From NCBI GenBank assembly GCA_000320545.1, contig ADNK01002980.1, positions 1 through 47,136 on the forward strand: DNA of 47,136 nt, in the 5' to 3' direction. The notes under the pieces were generated by a model that saw only the letters and a list, made by a program, of their open reading frames with translations, was not told where the DNA came from and made no database searches. This document shows positions 26,327-39,047 of the stretch, in pieces (position 1 is the stretch's first letter; every line of letters starts with the position of its first letter). This DNA comes from Bigelowiella natans CCMP2755. Taxonomy: Eukaryota; Protista; Cercozoa. A program made the position numbers and the translations under genes.

Positions 26327-27364
26327 TCAACCCTCGCTATCTAGTCTAGCTTGCATATTTGAAAGGATAACTGTCCAAGCTAATGACAATCCGCTGTTAT
26401 ATGGGATGCGCCAGTGCGTTGGAACTATCGCGAAGCCTGAAAGGTAGATGTTGGTAGCGCTCTCAAGTCTTAGCCGTACAGGTATACGATTCAAGTTAGT
26501 CTGTACTGTCAAAAAAGGGTGATGAATCTCACCAACTGTGGTGGCGGGAATCCAAAACTTCCATAAGGCAATGTTCACCTGATGATGAAAGGGCACATAT
26601 TTATGGCTGACCTCCGGGAACTATCATCGTCATATAGAGCACGAAATATCGATTTTTTCGTTCGTTCGAATTTGCAGCATTCTAGGATTGCTAGGAGCGA
26701 TGATTCGGTATGGAAGTCTTCTACCTCCTTCGCCTCTTGACGATACTTTTGGAACGAACGGCTGAGAATTGATTGGGATGGATCGACCTGAGGTGATTGA
26801 TCACCGGGAGTAAAACGTGAATTGTTGTGCTCCGGTTGCAGATCTTCACTAAACAGCGGCACTTGCAAGTGTAAAGCTTGTGAATCCTTCTTTGATCTTA
26901 CTTTGTTATTCGGCATGAAGGTCTCCTTTATGAGATACAGGCACGGGAAAGCCACAAGGGGGAGGTGCACGAACTGGTCCACACATACCTGGTTTAAATA
27001 TATTACAAAGAATTGAACAAGGACAAGAAGAATGAGAACGGCGCACTCATTCAGTACATTCAGCCTCATATAGATATACCCAAGATACAATGGGAATATC
27101 AGCGAACGCAGTCTTCCGATCAAGGTGGCTGTGCTTATTTCGATGCTTGTGTGCATGTGCTCGCGCATTTTTGTGCAATATACGTTATACATTGACCTTT
27201 TTGACAACAGCAACGGCGCTCCTTCCAGGAAAAAGGTGCTCAAGAAGCCGGCATTGCACTACAATAAACGATCAAATTGAATACGTGACAGTGCGCATAC
27301 ACACGCACACACACATACACACAGGAAAGAAAGATAGATAGATAGAGAGCGCGCGCGCGAGAGA

Positions 27365-27422
<58 letters not shown>

Positions 27423-27995
27423 AAGAGGGAGAGAAAGAGAGAGGGAGAGAAAGAGAGGAAGGAGGCCGGGAGAGGAGGAAGGAGGGAGGGAGGTATTGTG
27501 TTACATGAGCGAACTCAAGTTCCCCCCTCACTTGCAAACTACCAAAATACTGCACTCCCCCAAGGTAAAGGCCGGAGAAGGTAGCTGAATAAATGTGCGA
27601 GCGTTGAGTTGAAGTATTCCCAAACCATTGAAATAAATTGTCTCACTGAACTGTAAACTGCAGTTCTTCGAAGATCTGCATTGCTCTTCCCTTCCACAAA
27701 TCTCTGGGCGATCTGATCGCCCAGGGCACCTTTCAGGCCTGCACAGGAAAGGGGGGACGAAGAAATCAAAGGCAAGTTTCTGCAATTCATCCAGACGCTA
27801 AACCCATCGGGGAGAGCGACCTGCGCTGGTAAGTGCCCAGAGAACTGGGAAGCGAGCGCAGAGGAAGTCCGCTCTAGCCCATGCACGTGCTGTCCACGTG
27901 GACGCCATCCTGCCGAGGTTTGTCGAAAAAAAGAACGCCACATTTAAGCAATAATTATCTGCACACGCGACAAACAACTGTTGGAAAAACGCCAT
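26327..27995 (-). CDS. Mpv17/PMP22 family membrane protein
   Basis: ALTSAGLKGALGDQIAQRFVE..DLRRTA, VCVDQFVHLP and WKFWIPATTVGFAIVPTHWRIPYNSGLSLAWTVILS are Mpv17/PMP22 motifs. The start is ambiguous (27995 or 27908). Confidence 0.88.
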
Positions 27996-28847
27996 GCGAT
28001 TTCCCGCGACCAAATAAAAAAATGCCTGTCGCAGGGAAAAATTACAATCCATCGCGATTCGAAATCGGGAACGGAAAAAATGCCTCGAGCCGGATGCCCT
28101 GACTGAAGTACGTGTCCTGCCGACACCTGCTTCAGACTAGGAGTATCGAGAGGTGGGGGACGAGGGGAGGGGAGTGGGTTTAGGCCCAACCATCTTTTAG
28201 GATTTCTGTGGATTGTATTAGGGCCCAGGCTAGTTGTTGCTGTTCAGAGAGATCGGATTCATCATACACTGCCAGAACTTGATCTATAGAAAGGCTTCCT
28301 TACCCGGCAGAGAAATTGAAAAGTACATTTCTATCGAATCTTGCACACGATCAAATTTTAGAGTACATCTTTAAGCTCAGCATGCATCATACACAGTTGT
28401 GAAACTTAATACACGCACCGACGAACTGGCTCTTCGATCTCAAAGTCTGGTCACATGAAGATACGATAGAAAGGATCCGCAGCCGCTTTCATGAAAGCGA
28501 GGTAACGGCAGAAACTAGCAGTAGATAGAGATATAGACGTATATACTGTATGATGAATGTCAATCACGTCATTTGCTATCGTATAGAGGCAACTCCATGC
28601 CTGCTGCTATGTATGCTATAGTAGCAAGTCACATAGATCGCTGACATGCATGTATACATTTATCAGCTGTTACATTTAAATACTGTTGCTGCTGCTGCCA
28701 CAATACAAGATTCTCTACGCGCTATACATACAAATAAAGCATTCACAAGTGTTATACAGGCCGGGTTACAAGTCATGGGACGTTGCTAGAATCCGCATGC
28801 GTTAGATAACCGCATACTGCACATTCGAGGGAATGTGTTCATGATGC

Positions 28848-28888
<41 letters not shown>

Positions 28889-29160
28889 GCTACTGCTGCT
28901 GCCAAGACGGGCAATACTCTAAGCAACACGTAACTCAGCAACACGTTTGCGGAGGCAATGGCGCTTATCATCAATATGATAATTTCCCGTTCGCGTGCTT
29001 GATTTTTTAGCACGCATGAATCATGAGCTTCGTGGGTTGGTTGAATATAGCATTTGTTGCATGGAAAACTGTCCCCTTGAATCATGTATGCTAAATCCCG
29101 GGAGTATATCGAAATGTGCTTCCAAATGCTCACAAAGTGATGCTGGTGAAACGTTAGCTC

Positions 29161-30530
29161 TTACGACGATTTTTCCTTCGGAGGGCATAAAAACTCAGTT
29201 GCTTTCTTTATTATCTCCAAGCTCCAGACTGCGTTTAAGATCTAGCAAAAGAATAATAAGTAATCACATCTTCTAAGGCAAAATCCACAGAAAATTACCG
29301 GTGGGATACATATCGTTGTTATAGAACAGTATTTGAGTAGTGAAGAAAGTTCGTTGCTTGCGAAGAAATCTAGAGACTGATATAGCGAATACCTATGTAC
29401 CAAATCGAATCTGTATTAGCATTTCTGAACGTTGCCCAGTTTTAAAACCCCCAAAACACTTTTTTATTTCGGAAAATATGGCTTACAGGTAAATCGGGAT
29501 CGGGAATACTCGCACCTGAACATAAATATATGAATATTGAGCTAAAGAATGAATCTGAGGAAAGATGCTGTATTACCAGGAAGAACATCATCGCAAATAA
29601 AACGTTTCCGAGGAGATTCATGCCCGAACCTTCTTCTGCAAAATATCAACCATAAATATGAGGAGCTCAACTCTGCAATGCGTCATTCTGGCAAGAAATG
29701 TATGGGAATGCTTACTTGAATATAGAGCCAAGTTGAGAAACGGAGTGCTGAGCTCGGTGGCTAGCAGATATGCCACGTATACTTCGCAACACGCAAGGAT
29801 AACCTGAGGAGAGAATAAAATATTTGAGTTCCCAGCAAAGCTCACACAGTAGCTCCAAGTGGGGAAAATGTTGTGCCGCACCGAGACTGAGAAAAAGAAC
29901 GCTCCGAGAATATGATGAATGAGGAAGAGAATTGTAGCTTCGTTGTTGATGAACATAAGTATAGTGTCCACAGCAAAGTACCTGCAATGTAAGTTTTTTG
30001 TTCCGCTTCAAAAATAGATAATTGCAGACTGGTATAATGTATGACGGGCTACTTACCCATTTGAAAATGCTACACCGTAGAAAAGTACTCTGGAATGCCC
30101 GGATACAAAATCCACGCTTGCGTCCCCCCCGCCTTGTATCATTTGCCATAGTTCTCCCTGATACATTCACGGTTGGTAGCGAGGAAATTTTACTCAAAGG
30201 ATCTCAACGACAAGTGAATGCAATACCATTATGTTAAGTCCAGGGCAATTTATCATTGTCCAAACTGAGACTCCAGCGATGACGACGGCATGCACAGTTG
30301 ACGGGACAACATAAGCAACCTAATCGGAAACATGTCAACGTGTTAGTACAATAAGAGGTGGTATGTGTAGTATGGCAGACCTTTGCCATGCTCTCAGGTA
30401 AAGACATCCGGGCAGCGATGGCCAGTACACCGAATAGAACAAATGAGCATGCCGAGAGGTAGGGCAGATCATGTGCCCGTCCTTCGATTGTGTCTTCGAA
30501 GGTAAGCAAAGACGATATTGTATCTGTCAT
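29161..30530 (-). CDS. TLC (TRAM/LAG1/CLN8) domain membrane protein (TMEM56/TLCD-like)
   Basis: STVHAVV, GYFAVD, LIHHILG, LLATELSTPFLNL, FFLVRVFP and ILNAVWSLEII. It ends KEKSS-TAA, a KxKxx ER-retrieval-type signal. Confidence 0.88.
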
Positions 30531-31019
30531 ATCTGTGTGCGTTCCCAAATAACATCCGTTTATCAGTTCAAAACTTTGAAATCAGCTGAGTGGCAAACAT
30601 CGCTGTCCCACGTGAAACACGTGATCGCTGACTCTTTGAACGCACTAAACAACACTATTATACGCAGCACACTTGGCAGCAAGCATTAAACATCATCCAA
30701 ACTAACACATACACACACATATACACACAGCAGGGTGCCATCTGACAAGCATGACACCATGACACCTGACATTGGGATGGATTCGTGGCAGGGTACTCGT
30801 AGCCTAATTGCTGATTTTCCAGGTATTTCTTGAGATTTTCTATGGTAAATAGCCTTTATTTTTAGCAAGCGACAACCTCAATTATGAGGCTTTTTCTATC
30901 GATTTGCGATGGGGAGGATGCGAACGACATCGTGTTCACGAGTGTTAAATGTTGAGGCTCTGCTGCGTGCAAATGCCTGTCTCCCATGTGGTTCTGGCGC
31001 ATGCAGTTTTGATCAACGC

Positions 31020-31945
31020 TTTCTTCATTGTTCAATGTTCATTGTTCACATTTTGGAAATGTAGTTCATCATCATTGTTCATCAGTTGGCAAACATCAGG
31101 CACTGAAAACAATGAAACTAGGAACGGAGGAGTGGCCATGATCCATTCTTGATTCCTTTTGGTTTCACTAGATGGTCCTCACTAAAGTTAGTTCGAGGCA
31201 CTGCGTTTCGTACACTGCAAATGTCTTGTTACATTTTGGAAATGTAGTTCTTTGTCATTGTTCATTGTTCATTGTTCATTGTTCATTGTTCATTGTTCGT
31301 GTTTTCATGCCTCTGACGCCATCAAAACCAGAGTCTTGCTCGGAGCCCCCTCGGCTGTCCCTGACGTTGATGTCCGTGTGGACGCAGCTTTCAGGAAATT
31401 CCTGCTCAGGATGGATGCTTTGCGTCGCCGCCACTCAGCTGTCAGTTGTGATGCATCCAACTCTTGGTTTGTGCCAATTTGCATCGCAACCCCGCTAGTT
31501 TGCCAGTCAGTCCTCACTGAAGTCAATTCGAGGCACTGCATTTCGCACATTGCAAGTGTCCTGTCACACTTTGGAGATGCAGTTTTTCATCATTGTTCAT
31601 TGTTCATCATTGTTCTCATTGTTCGTGGCCTTCAGGGATCGAGTTCCTGCTCAGAGTGGACGCTTTGCGTTGACGCCACATTGCTGCTAGTTGCATTGCT
31701 CCACAATGACCAGAATGCAAATTTCAAATTCCTGCTGGTTTCACCAGTTAACTGCAGACACAGTGCACGTGATGTGTGAATGCATGTGAGACCATGGACA
31801 CAGTGCATGTGATGCATGCAATGCACATGACATGTGCGTGTGTCCATTGTGTTAGACCTCACTGAAGCTGGTTCGAGGCACTGTGTTTCGCACACTGCAA
31901 ACGTCTTGCAACGCTTTGGAAGTGTGGTTCATCACCATTGTTCAC
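31020..31945. repeat. Degenerate modular repeat island: three 76-bp copies (31175-31250, 31510-31585, 31855-31930), each followed by TTCATTG-type tails, plus a second duplicated module
   Basis: Core GTCCTCACTRAAG..TTCGAGGCACTG..TTTCGYACA.TGCAA..GTC.TG....TTTGGA recurs at 335 and 345 bp spacing. (TTCATTG)n at ~31255-31298. Module TTCCTGCTCAG..TGGAYGCTTTGCGT at ~31399 and ~31643. Partial copy at ~31047-31083. Confidence 0.85.
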
Positions 31946-32320
31946 AAGCTAGCAAGTGGGAAACGCGAAGTGAATTGTGGACAATGCATGCAGCCTAGCT
32001 GCTAGCCTGGGCTAGTGGTGTAGTGGGCATGGCTCGTGCGTGCACGCTTGAATGCATTGACGGCATGTCAGCATTGCAAGAACGCTTGCCTGCACCCACA
32101 AAGACCGAACACATTGCTGACCAAACACGCAGCATGCATCTTGGTGTGTGTGTGTGCAACACGTTGTGCAAAGCTGCATCACGGTGCGCATGTCTAGATG
32201 TGACCAAGTGGCTGTACTTTTTCCAAAAACTTTGCGCTCATGACATTGCATGAAATTAATCGCGGTTGCTTTCTAGCTATACCTCTTAGCACTTTTATCT
32301 TACCTGCATTAGACACCGAT

Positions 32321-33394
32321 TTAATAGCCATTGTTAAAACCGTCTCGAACGAAGTCGGTCGCCAGCTTTCGGGCATTCTTATGGTGCAGCTTAAGAGCCT
32401 CAAGCGCCTTGATCCACTTGTTTCTCATGGCCTCGCTCGGACACTCGAAGGAAAGTATGGCGTCCTCACCAGACACCACAAATGCACGGTCTTCAAGCGG
32501 ATGCTTGGTCTTATAGCCTCCCTTCTTTCCAAAATCTCCGTCGGAGAGCTTTGTGCCGCCCTTCACACGGCGCATGCGCCACGTGCCCATCGACTTGGCC
32601 TTCCCACCAAGCCCTTTCGTCCAGACTATGTTCTTGAGATTCTTGGAAACGTGCAGATGCGTGTCGAGAGGGCCGTGCTTCTTCGTGTGCCATTTGATCT
32701 CCATACCCGCGATGAGGAAGTTTTTGAGCTTGTTCGAGATTACCTGGAGGGGAGAACGGGGGAACTCATTAGATGGTTGTCGGCTATGTTGTTGTTGTTT
32801 TTGTTGTTGTCGTAGTTATGCGGGAATTGTTCTCTATGTGAAGATTTATTATTGATACTGTGTTTTTGGTTATTGCCGCCGCTGCTGCTGTGATCGATTC
32901 TGTCTTACATAGCCTTTGTCCACGACTTTCTTCTCTTCCTTCCATACAACCGACGAGTCGATAAAATCGGTCTTCTTGGTTTGCTCGAAGTTGAGCTCAC
33001 TCACGTCTACCTTGCGTGTCAGGATCGCCTCGATGATCTGAATGGATGTTGTCAATAAAGAATAGCTTGGAATCACTAACTATTCAAAGAGGGGGGGGTG
33101 GGGGGTGGTAGAATTGCTGCTAATGTAGTCACCTTGTCGCAATACTGCACGACAGGCTCGTTCTTTTCGTATTTGATCTTGGTATCTTTGAGCTCTTGGA
33201 TCACATTATCAGCCTTCATTCTGTCCTTAACCTTGTTTGTCGAGGTGGCGGCATGGTAGATCACGGTGAGAACATTGTCCAACAAGCTGCTGTCGACGTT
33301 CTTCAGCTTCTTCACCACCTCGGCTAGTACGCGCGTCTCAAGGATGCCAACCTCCGCAGCCTTCGACTGACACACACACACACACACATATCAA

Positions 33395-33463
<69 letters not shown>

Positions 33464-36400
33464 ATCCTCGCAGGAACAAGAACGACAACAACGACGGCGA
33501 CGACGAGTCACCTGCAGGAAAAGGCTCGAGAGGAATTCGAGGATCCCTCTCTGCAACCCAACATGTCGTATGTGAGCCTTCATTGCCTTCATCGCAAGGT
33601 CACTGCCCTTCGATGCGAGCAAACGCGCCGTCTGCGGCGCGAACGTCAGGCTGCCGAGCGCTGCGAAGCATGCTTGGCACATGGCCGGTTCTTCGAGATA
33701 ATTGCCAGTGATGCGTGCCATTGCAGGGATGACGTCGCCCGCCAGCTTGAGCGCGTAGTTCTTAGTCGCACAGATGCGGCCGGCCGAGGAGAGAAACCTG
33801 GAGACGAGAGACTGAGAGTCGATGTAAGTCAGGGCCGTCTCCGCCATTTCGTGTACCACGCCCGATTCAACGATGGTGGAGATGTTCCCCACGTTGAACG
33901 ACAGTCGGTCTATGAGGCCGATCGCCGACTTGCAGAAGCTCTCGTCGTAAGCGAGCTCGTTGAGCGCATCCTTGACGACCTCCACGACGCCGCGCCTGAC
34001 GATGGTTGAGGAGCAGTGATCGTCGTGGGAGAGTTGGGTGAGGCACTTGACAGCTGGGGTCATGATGCTTGGGTTCGATCGGTGCTGCTTCACGCACGTC
34101 ACGACAGCCTTGTGCGCGTTCTCAGAGATGAAGATCGCCATTGCGTCCGGGTCGGTGCGCGAGAACTGCGCGAGGCGGTCGATGACCTTCATGCACGCGA
34201 CGACGCTCTCCGCGTGCTCCTCCCCCTTGGAGAGCGCGGGGTTGAGCGCGTGGATCACGGAGTTCTCCAGGATCGATAAGTAGGTGGTGCGCGTCGCGAG
34301 GCGCTCCAGCACGCGACAGCAGAACTTGACCACGGCATCGTCGTCAGTGTTCGAGTAGATCACCTCGATCAGGCGCATATCGCCCTCGTTCTTCTGGATC
34401 TCGATCGCGTACTGCTTGCCCTGCTTGCAGAGATTGAGCAGCAGGCGCACCGTGTTTATCCAGAAGCGAGTGCCCTGATCACTATGCTGGGCCATCGCCC
34501 GCAGCGTCATGTGCGGAATCTCGTACCGTGACATCAGGCCGCAGTTGACGGTGTTTTTCTGGCTCAAGCCGCGCAGGGCGTAGCAGCACTTTTCGAGGAC
34601 GTCGGCACGGTCGTGGTAGCGCTTCATGATCTCGCCGATGACCTGCACGCCCCCAAGCTCCCCGATGAGGTTTTGGATGTGCTGGTTGCACGCGAGGTTG
34701 CCGAGGAGGTAGCACGCGTACATGAGGAACTCCGGCTTGTCCATGTTCCTCCTCATAGCCTCCAGGAGCATCTTCAGGTTCTCCGGGTTTGCGAACTTCT
34801 TCATCTCGTCTGGCTGGTTGGAGATGCGCGCGAGCGTCTTCATCGCCGGCAGCAGGCAGGAGTCATCCGTGCCATCCCCCGAGATCATCATGAGCGCTCC
34901 CTTGAGATCTCCACGCTTGAGCATGCCGTTCAGCACGACCGAGTCCTCCGTCATTGTGACCACAGCACGCAGTGTGTTGCCCAGGTTGTCCCAGTTGAGC
35001 GTGCCCGCGCGCTTCGGGTTGAGCACCTGCATCATCATGTCCATGGCCTTCTCATCGCCCACCACGGAGATCAGCTCCGCGTCCATGTTGCCGAGCGCCG
35101 AGTCGAAGCACATCACCGCGGCGTTGAAGGTCTCATCATCCAGGTTTTCCCCCCCAAGGAGCACGCTTTCCATGAAGTCCATCCCGCCCGCCTCTACAAA
35201 GATGTCTGAGTTCTCCGGGTTGCCAACAATTGCGATCAGTCCCTCGAACGCCTCCATGTCAGGGTTGTTAGGATCCAGCCCTTGCAGGACGTACTGAAGG
35301 TCCTCCAGCGTCACTTTCCCCCCTGCACCCTTCATCTTCTCGTCGCGCTCGTTGGCAGCTGCCTGCAGCAGCTCCTCCTCCTTCTTCTTCATGAGGAGGT
35401 ACTGCTGCTCTTGCCGGTCACGCAGCGCAGTAAGGATGGCCACGCCAGCGGACTGGGTCGCTCTGTTGTCCGGATACGCCTTCGTAGCCCAAGCGATGAG
35501 CCGTGCGTTCGCCATGCCGCTCTTGACGAAGAACTCGAGGTTCTCCTTGTTCCCCGCGCACCTGGCAAGCAGTACGATCTCGTCCTGCACAGAGTTCTCG
35601 ACGTTGAAGAGCTTCTTGATCGCGCGGCAGGCGACGTCGATGCCCCCTTCCTTGCAGAAAGCCAGCAGGATATCCTCGTCCTCGTCCGCGAGCTTCTGCA
35701 GCAGAGCCACGGCCGACTTCTGCACATTCGCGTTCCCGCTATGATCCTGGATGATATCAATCACGGAAGCGACAACGCCGAGCTCCGCCATCGCAGCGAT
35801 CGCACCGTCCTGGCCTGAGAGGTTGATGAGGTAATGGAGCTCGGCGTCAATCTTCTCGGGGTCCTCCTCGTTGCCCAGCGCTGTGAGGGACAGATTCACG
35901 GCGTCCTTGACGTTGCCGCCCTTCGCCTTCGCCACCGACTTGAACAGGTCGTTCAGCTGCGAGGTGACGATGATGCTGTCCTCAAACTCAGACCCCAGCG
36001 ACTTCACAATCAGCAGCGAGCCGTCCGCCTCCATGGCGCGCAGATGCAGCGGGTCCTCGGCTAGGCTGGAGAACATCTCGACGGCCGAAGACGCCATCTC
36101 CTCGTCCTTCCGCTTGATTGCCAGCTCGAGCAAGCGCTTATGGAGCCCACGTTTGAGGATAATCTGAGCAGCCTCGGGTTCTTGAGCAATCAGCGCCACG
36201 GTTCGTGCCATATTCCGAAGAATGGCCTCCTTTTCCTCAGACTCTGGTAGGGCCTGGACGACTTCCAGGCCTCTATCGAGATGCTCCAGGAGCCCGCATT
36301 TCGTCATCAGAGCACGGTTTTGCTCTACAGAGGCGATTCCCGCCAACAGATTTGTCAGCTCTACCATCTCAGGGATGGCGTCTTTGTCGCCGTCCTTGAC

Positions 36401-37809
36401 CCTCTGCACTAGCCCTGGAGGTGGTGGAATAATGAAAGATGCGATGGGTGAGAATAACAACGGTGCAAGGAACATGAAACCACCAGCAATAACGACGTCA
36501 TTTCCATTAATGATAACTTTGTCCGCATGATTGCAATCATCGCTATCATCATTATCATCATCATTGCAGCATGTGACGCATGTCCACCTTCAAACTTTTG
36601 CAAGTAGGCCCGCACGTCCTTCTCGGAGAGGAGATTGCCGACAACACGCGAGGCAAGCTGCACCACCTGCTTGTTGCCCTTGTGGATCTTGAGCATGTTC
36701 AGGACCTCCCCGAGCGCGCCGCATGCCCGCAGCTTGGCCAGGGCCGCCTTATTCGAGCAGGCCTTCTCAAGGGCCTGCAGTCCGAGTTTTGCTACTTCTG
36801 GATCATCGCCATGCTTGTGCAGAGCCTTGACGATGGTCTCAAGGCCGCCGTTCTTCGCCAGCTCATCGAGCGCCTCGTCTCCATTCTTCTTAATCATCTC
36901 CCGGATGAACTTGAGAGCTTGGACCTGTACCTCCTTATCGTCGGGATGCGCCTTTGCCATGACCACGGCCTGCTGCAGACAGCCCTGCTTGATGAGCTCG
37001 CTGCCGATTTCTTTGGTCTTGCAAAGGGCCGCCATAAGCTTCATGGACTTCTTGGCGAGGTTCGCATCCTTGGTGCCGAAGCTGCGTGCTAGGGCCATAA
37101 CGCTGGGAAGGGTGCCGAGCTTTACAAGATAGTCAGCGTTCTCTGGGCGAGAGGAGAAGGCAGCGAGGGCGGAGTAGGCTGCAGCTGCGACCTCGGGGTC
37201 TTTGTAGCATTTCCGGACGACGTCCAGAAGTACCTGGCCGCACTTCTCCTTCATCAGCGCATAGATGTTGGCGTCATCCACGGCGAGTCGCTCCAACGCG
37301 CGGCATCCGTTCATCACGAAACGCTTGGCGTTCTCATCCTTCGTGACGTCAAACGTCTTGTTCTCAGATAGGTCGCGCAGGAGGCCTGTGATGAGCTGGA
37401 TACCCCCGTTCTTGATGAGGAACTCGACGTTCTTTCCCACGAGTGAGAGGGCTCCGATGGTAGCCATCGCGCCGCCATCCATGGAAGACAGGCCCTCAAG
37501 AGCCTTCTCCAGCTCAGAGGCTGTGCCCAGATGCTTCAGCGCCTCCGACCCGCACTTGAGCAGGACTTCGTTGTCAGGATGGAGCTCAAGGTGCCGCACC
37601 AGCACCCCCACCACGCCTCTCTTCTTCAGCATCTCACCGAGCCGTGGGTCATTCTCCGCAATCTGCTTGATGGCTGTCATGGCAGCAAGGGAGAGAGCCT
37701 GGTCCTTCGGGTGCAGCTCCAGCGACCGCATCAGCTCGTCAGCGATGCCAGACTTGATGATCATTTCGGAGATCTCGGGCTTGCTCTGTTCAGAGTTAGG
37801 AATATTGTC

Positions 37810-37856
<47 letters not shown>

Positions 37857-39016
37857 GAGGGGAAGGGGGGTGGGAAAAAGACAAATGGATTTTCGTAAAA
37901 AGCACTCCAACCGTCCTGGACGACTAGAGCTGTCATGGCTGGGTGCAAGATAGCTGCAACAACTATCCTAGGTTTTGTTCCTTGTGTCTTCTCTCTTCAT
38001 ACGTGTAACTAACGGAAATACCCCGATCAGCTTGCTCGTTAGCTGGGCGATCGCCCCAGAGATGAGCGGATCCCTCGTTTTGGACTCCTTTTGCTCGTTG
38101 TTGTTGCGATGGAGAACGTTCGCAATGGCTGGTATGATCTCCTGCTTCGTGAGCTGAAAACCACATGGCAATCACAGCAATATTTGTTGGCAATGTTGAA
38201 GTACTGGCTTGTAGTTGTAATAGTAGCAGTCGAAGTAGTAGTAGTATTAGGAGTAGTTGTTGTTTCTATTGGTGGTCTAGTAAAGAAAAGGGGGGGGGGG
38301 GGGCATGTTCTGCTGGTACCTTGGTAGCCAACTTCTCGTTCATGATATGGCATGCTGTGTCACAAGTGCTCGCTAATGTCTCTCTGACGGTAGTGGCAGT
38401 GAAGACGATGACGAATGGGTTTGATGGCGCATATAGTAAATAAAGCAACATATTAAGCGACTGCTGGGAAGGAAAAGGAGGGGAAAGTGACATGGAACGA
38501 TACCTATCGCGCACACACGCACGTACGTACAATTCATTCATGTATTTATGACGTCCACATGCAGACTCATAATCAGCTCGGAAAGAATGGGTCGAGAAAT
38601 AAGCGACGCTAATGGTGAACGAACTCACCCTCCAAGGTGGTTTTCCAGTGAATTGACGATAGGAGTGCCCGAAAATTTCTCAGCAACCAGCTGCAAGGAA
38701 GATGAAAAAGGAGATGATTAGAAGCGAGAAGAAGGAAGCAGTGCTAGCTACGGGAGCTACTTTCATTTTTGGGGGGGAGATAAGATGAGATTTATCGCCT
38801 TCTTGTGATCCCTCCCTCTCTCCCCCCCCCCCCCCCCCCTCTCTTAATTTTTTCAAAAAGTAGGTAAATTGAATACACGAACCCTCCTCATTGCGGGGTT
38901 AATTCCCAGCTTCTTCACGAACTTGTTGACCTGATCGATATCGTAGCATCCCCCGTAATAAGCACAACGATGATGAAATAGTCATGTGGTGGTGGTGAAA
39001 ACGACGATGACGATGA

Positions 39017-39047
<31 letters not shown>

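Noticed and set aside
30741-30800. Possible MITE beginning CAGGGTGCCA
   Set aside because: No matching inverted terminus (TGGCACCCTG) or target-site duplication found.
31252-31779. 175-aa ORF within the repeat island
   Set aside because: It translates the TTCATTG tandem repeat. TpA depletion removes TAA/TAG stops, so long spurious ORFs are expected here.
31175-31930. CRISPR-like array or tRNA genes
   Set aside because: Units are 76 bp and ~17% divergent, spacers are ~260 bp and partly homologous, and there are no cas genes. No cloverleaf or convincing A-box accompanies the GTTCGA motif.
32240-37953. Numerous plus-strand ORFs of 100-200 aa
   Set aside because: Antisense shadows of the GC-rich ARM/PH exons.
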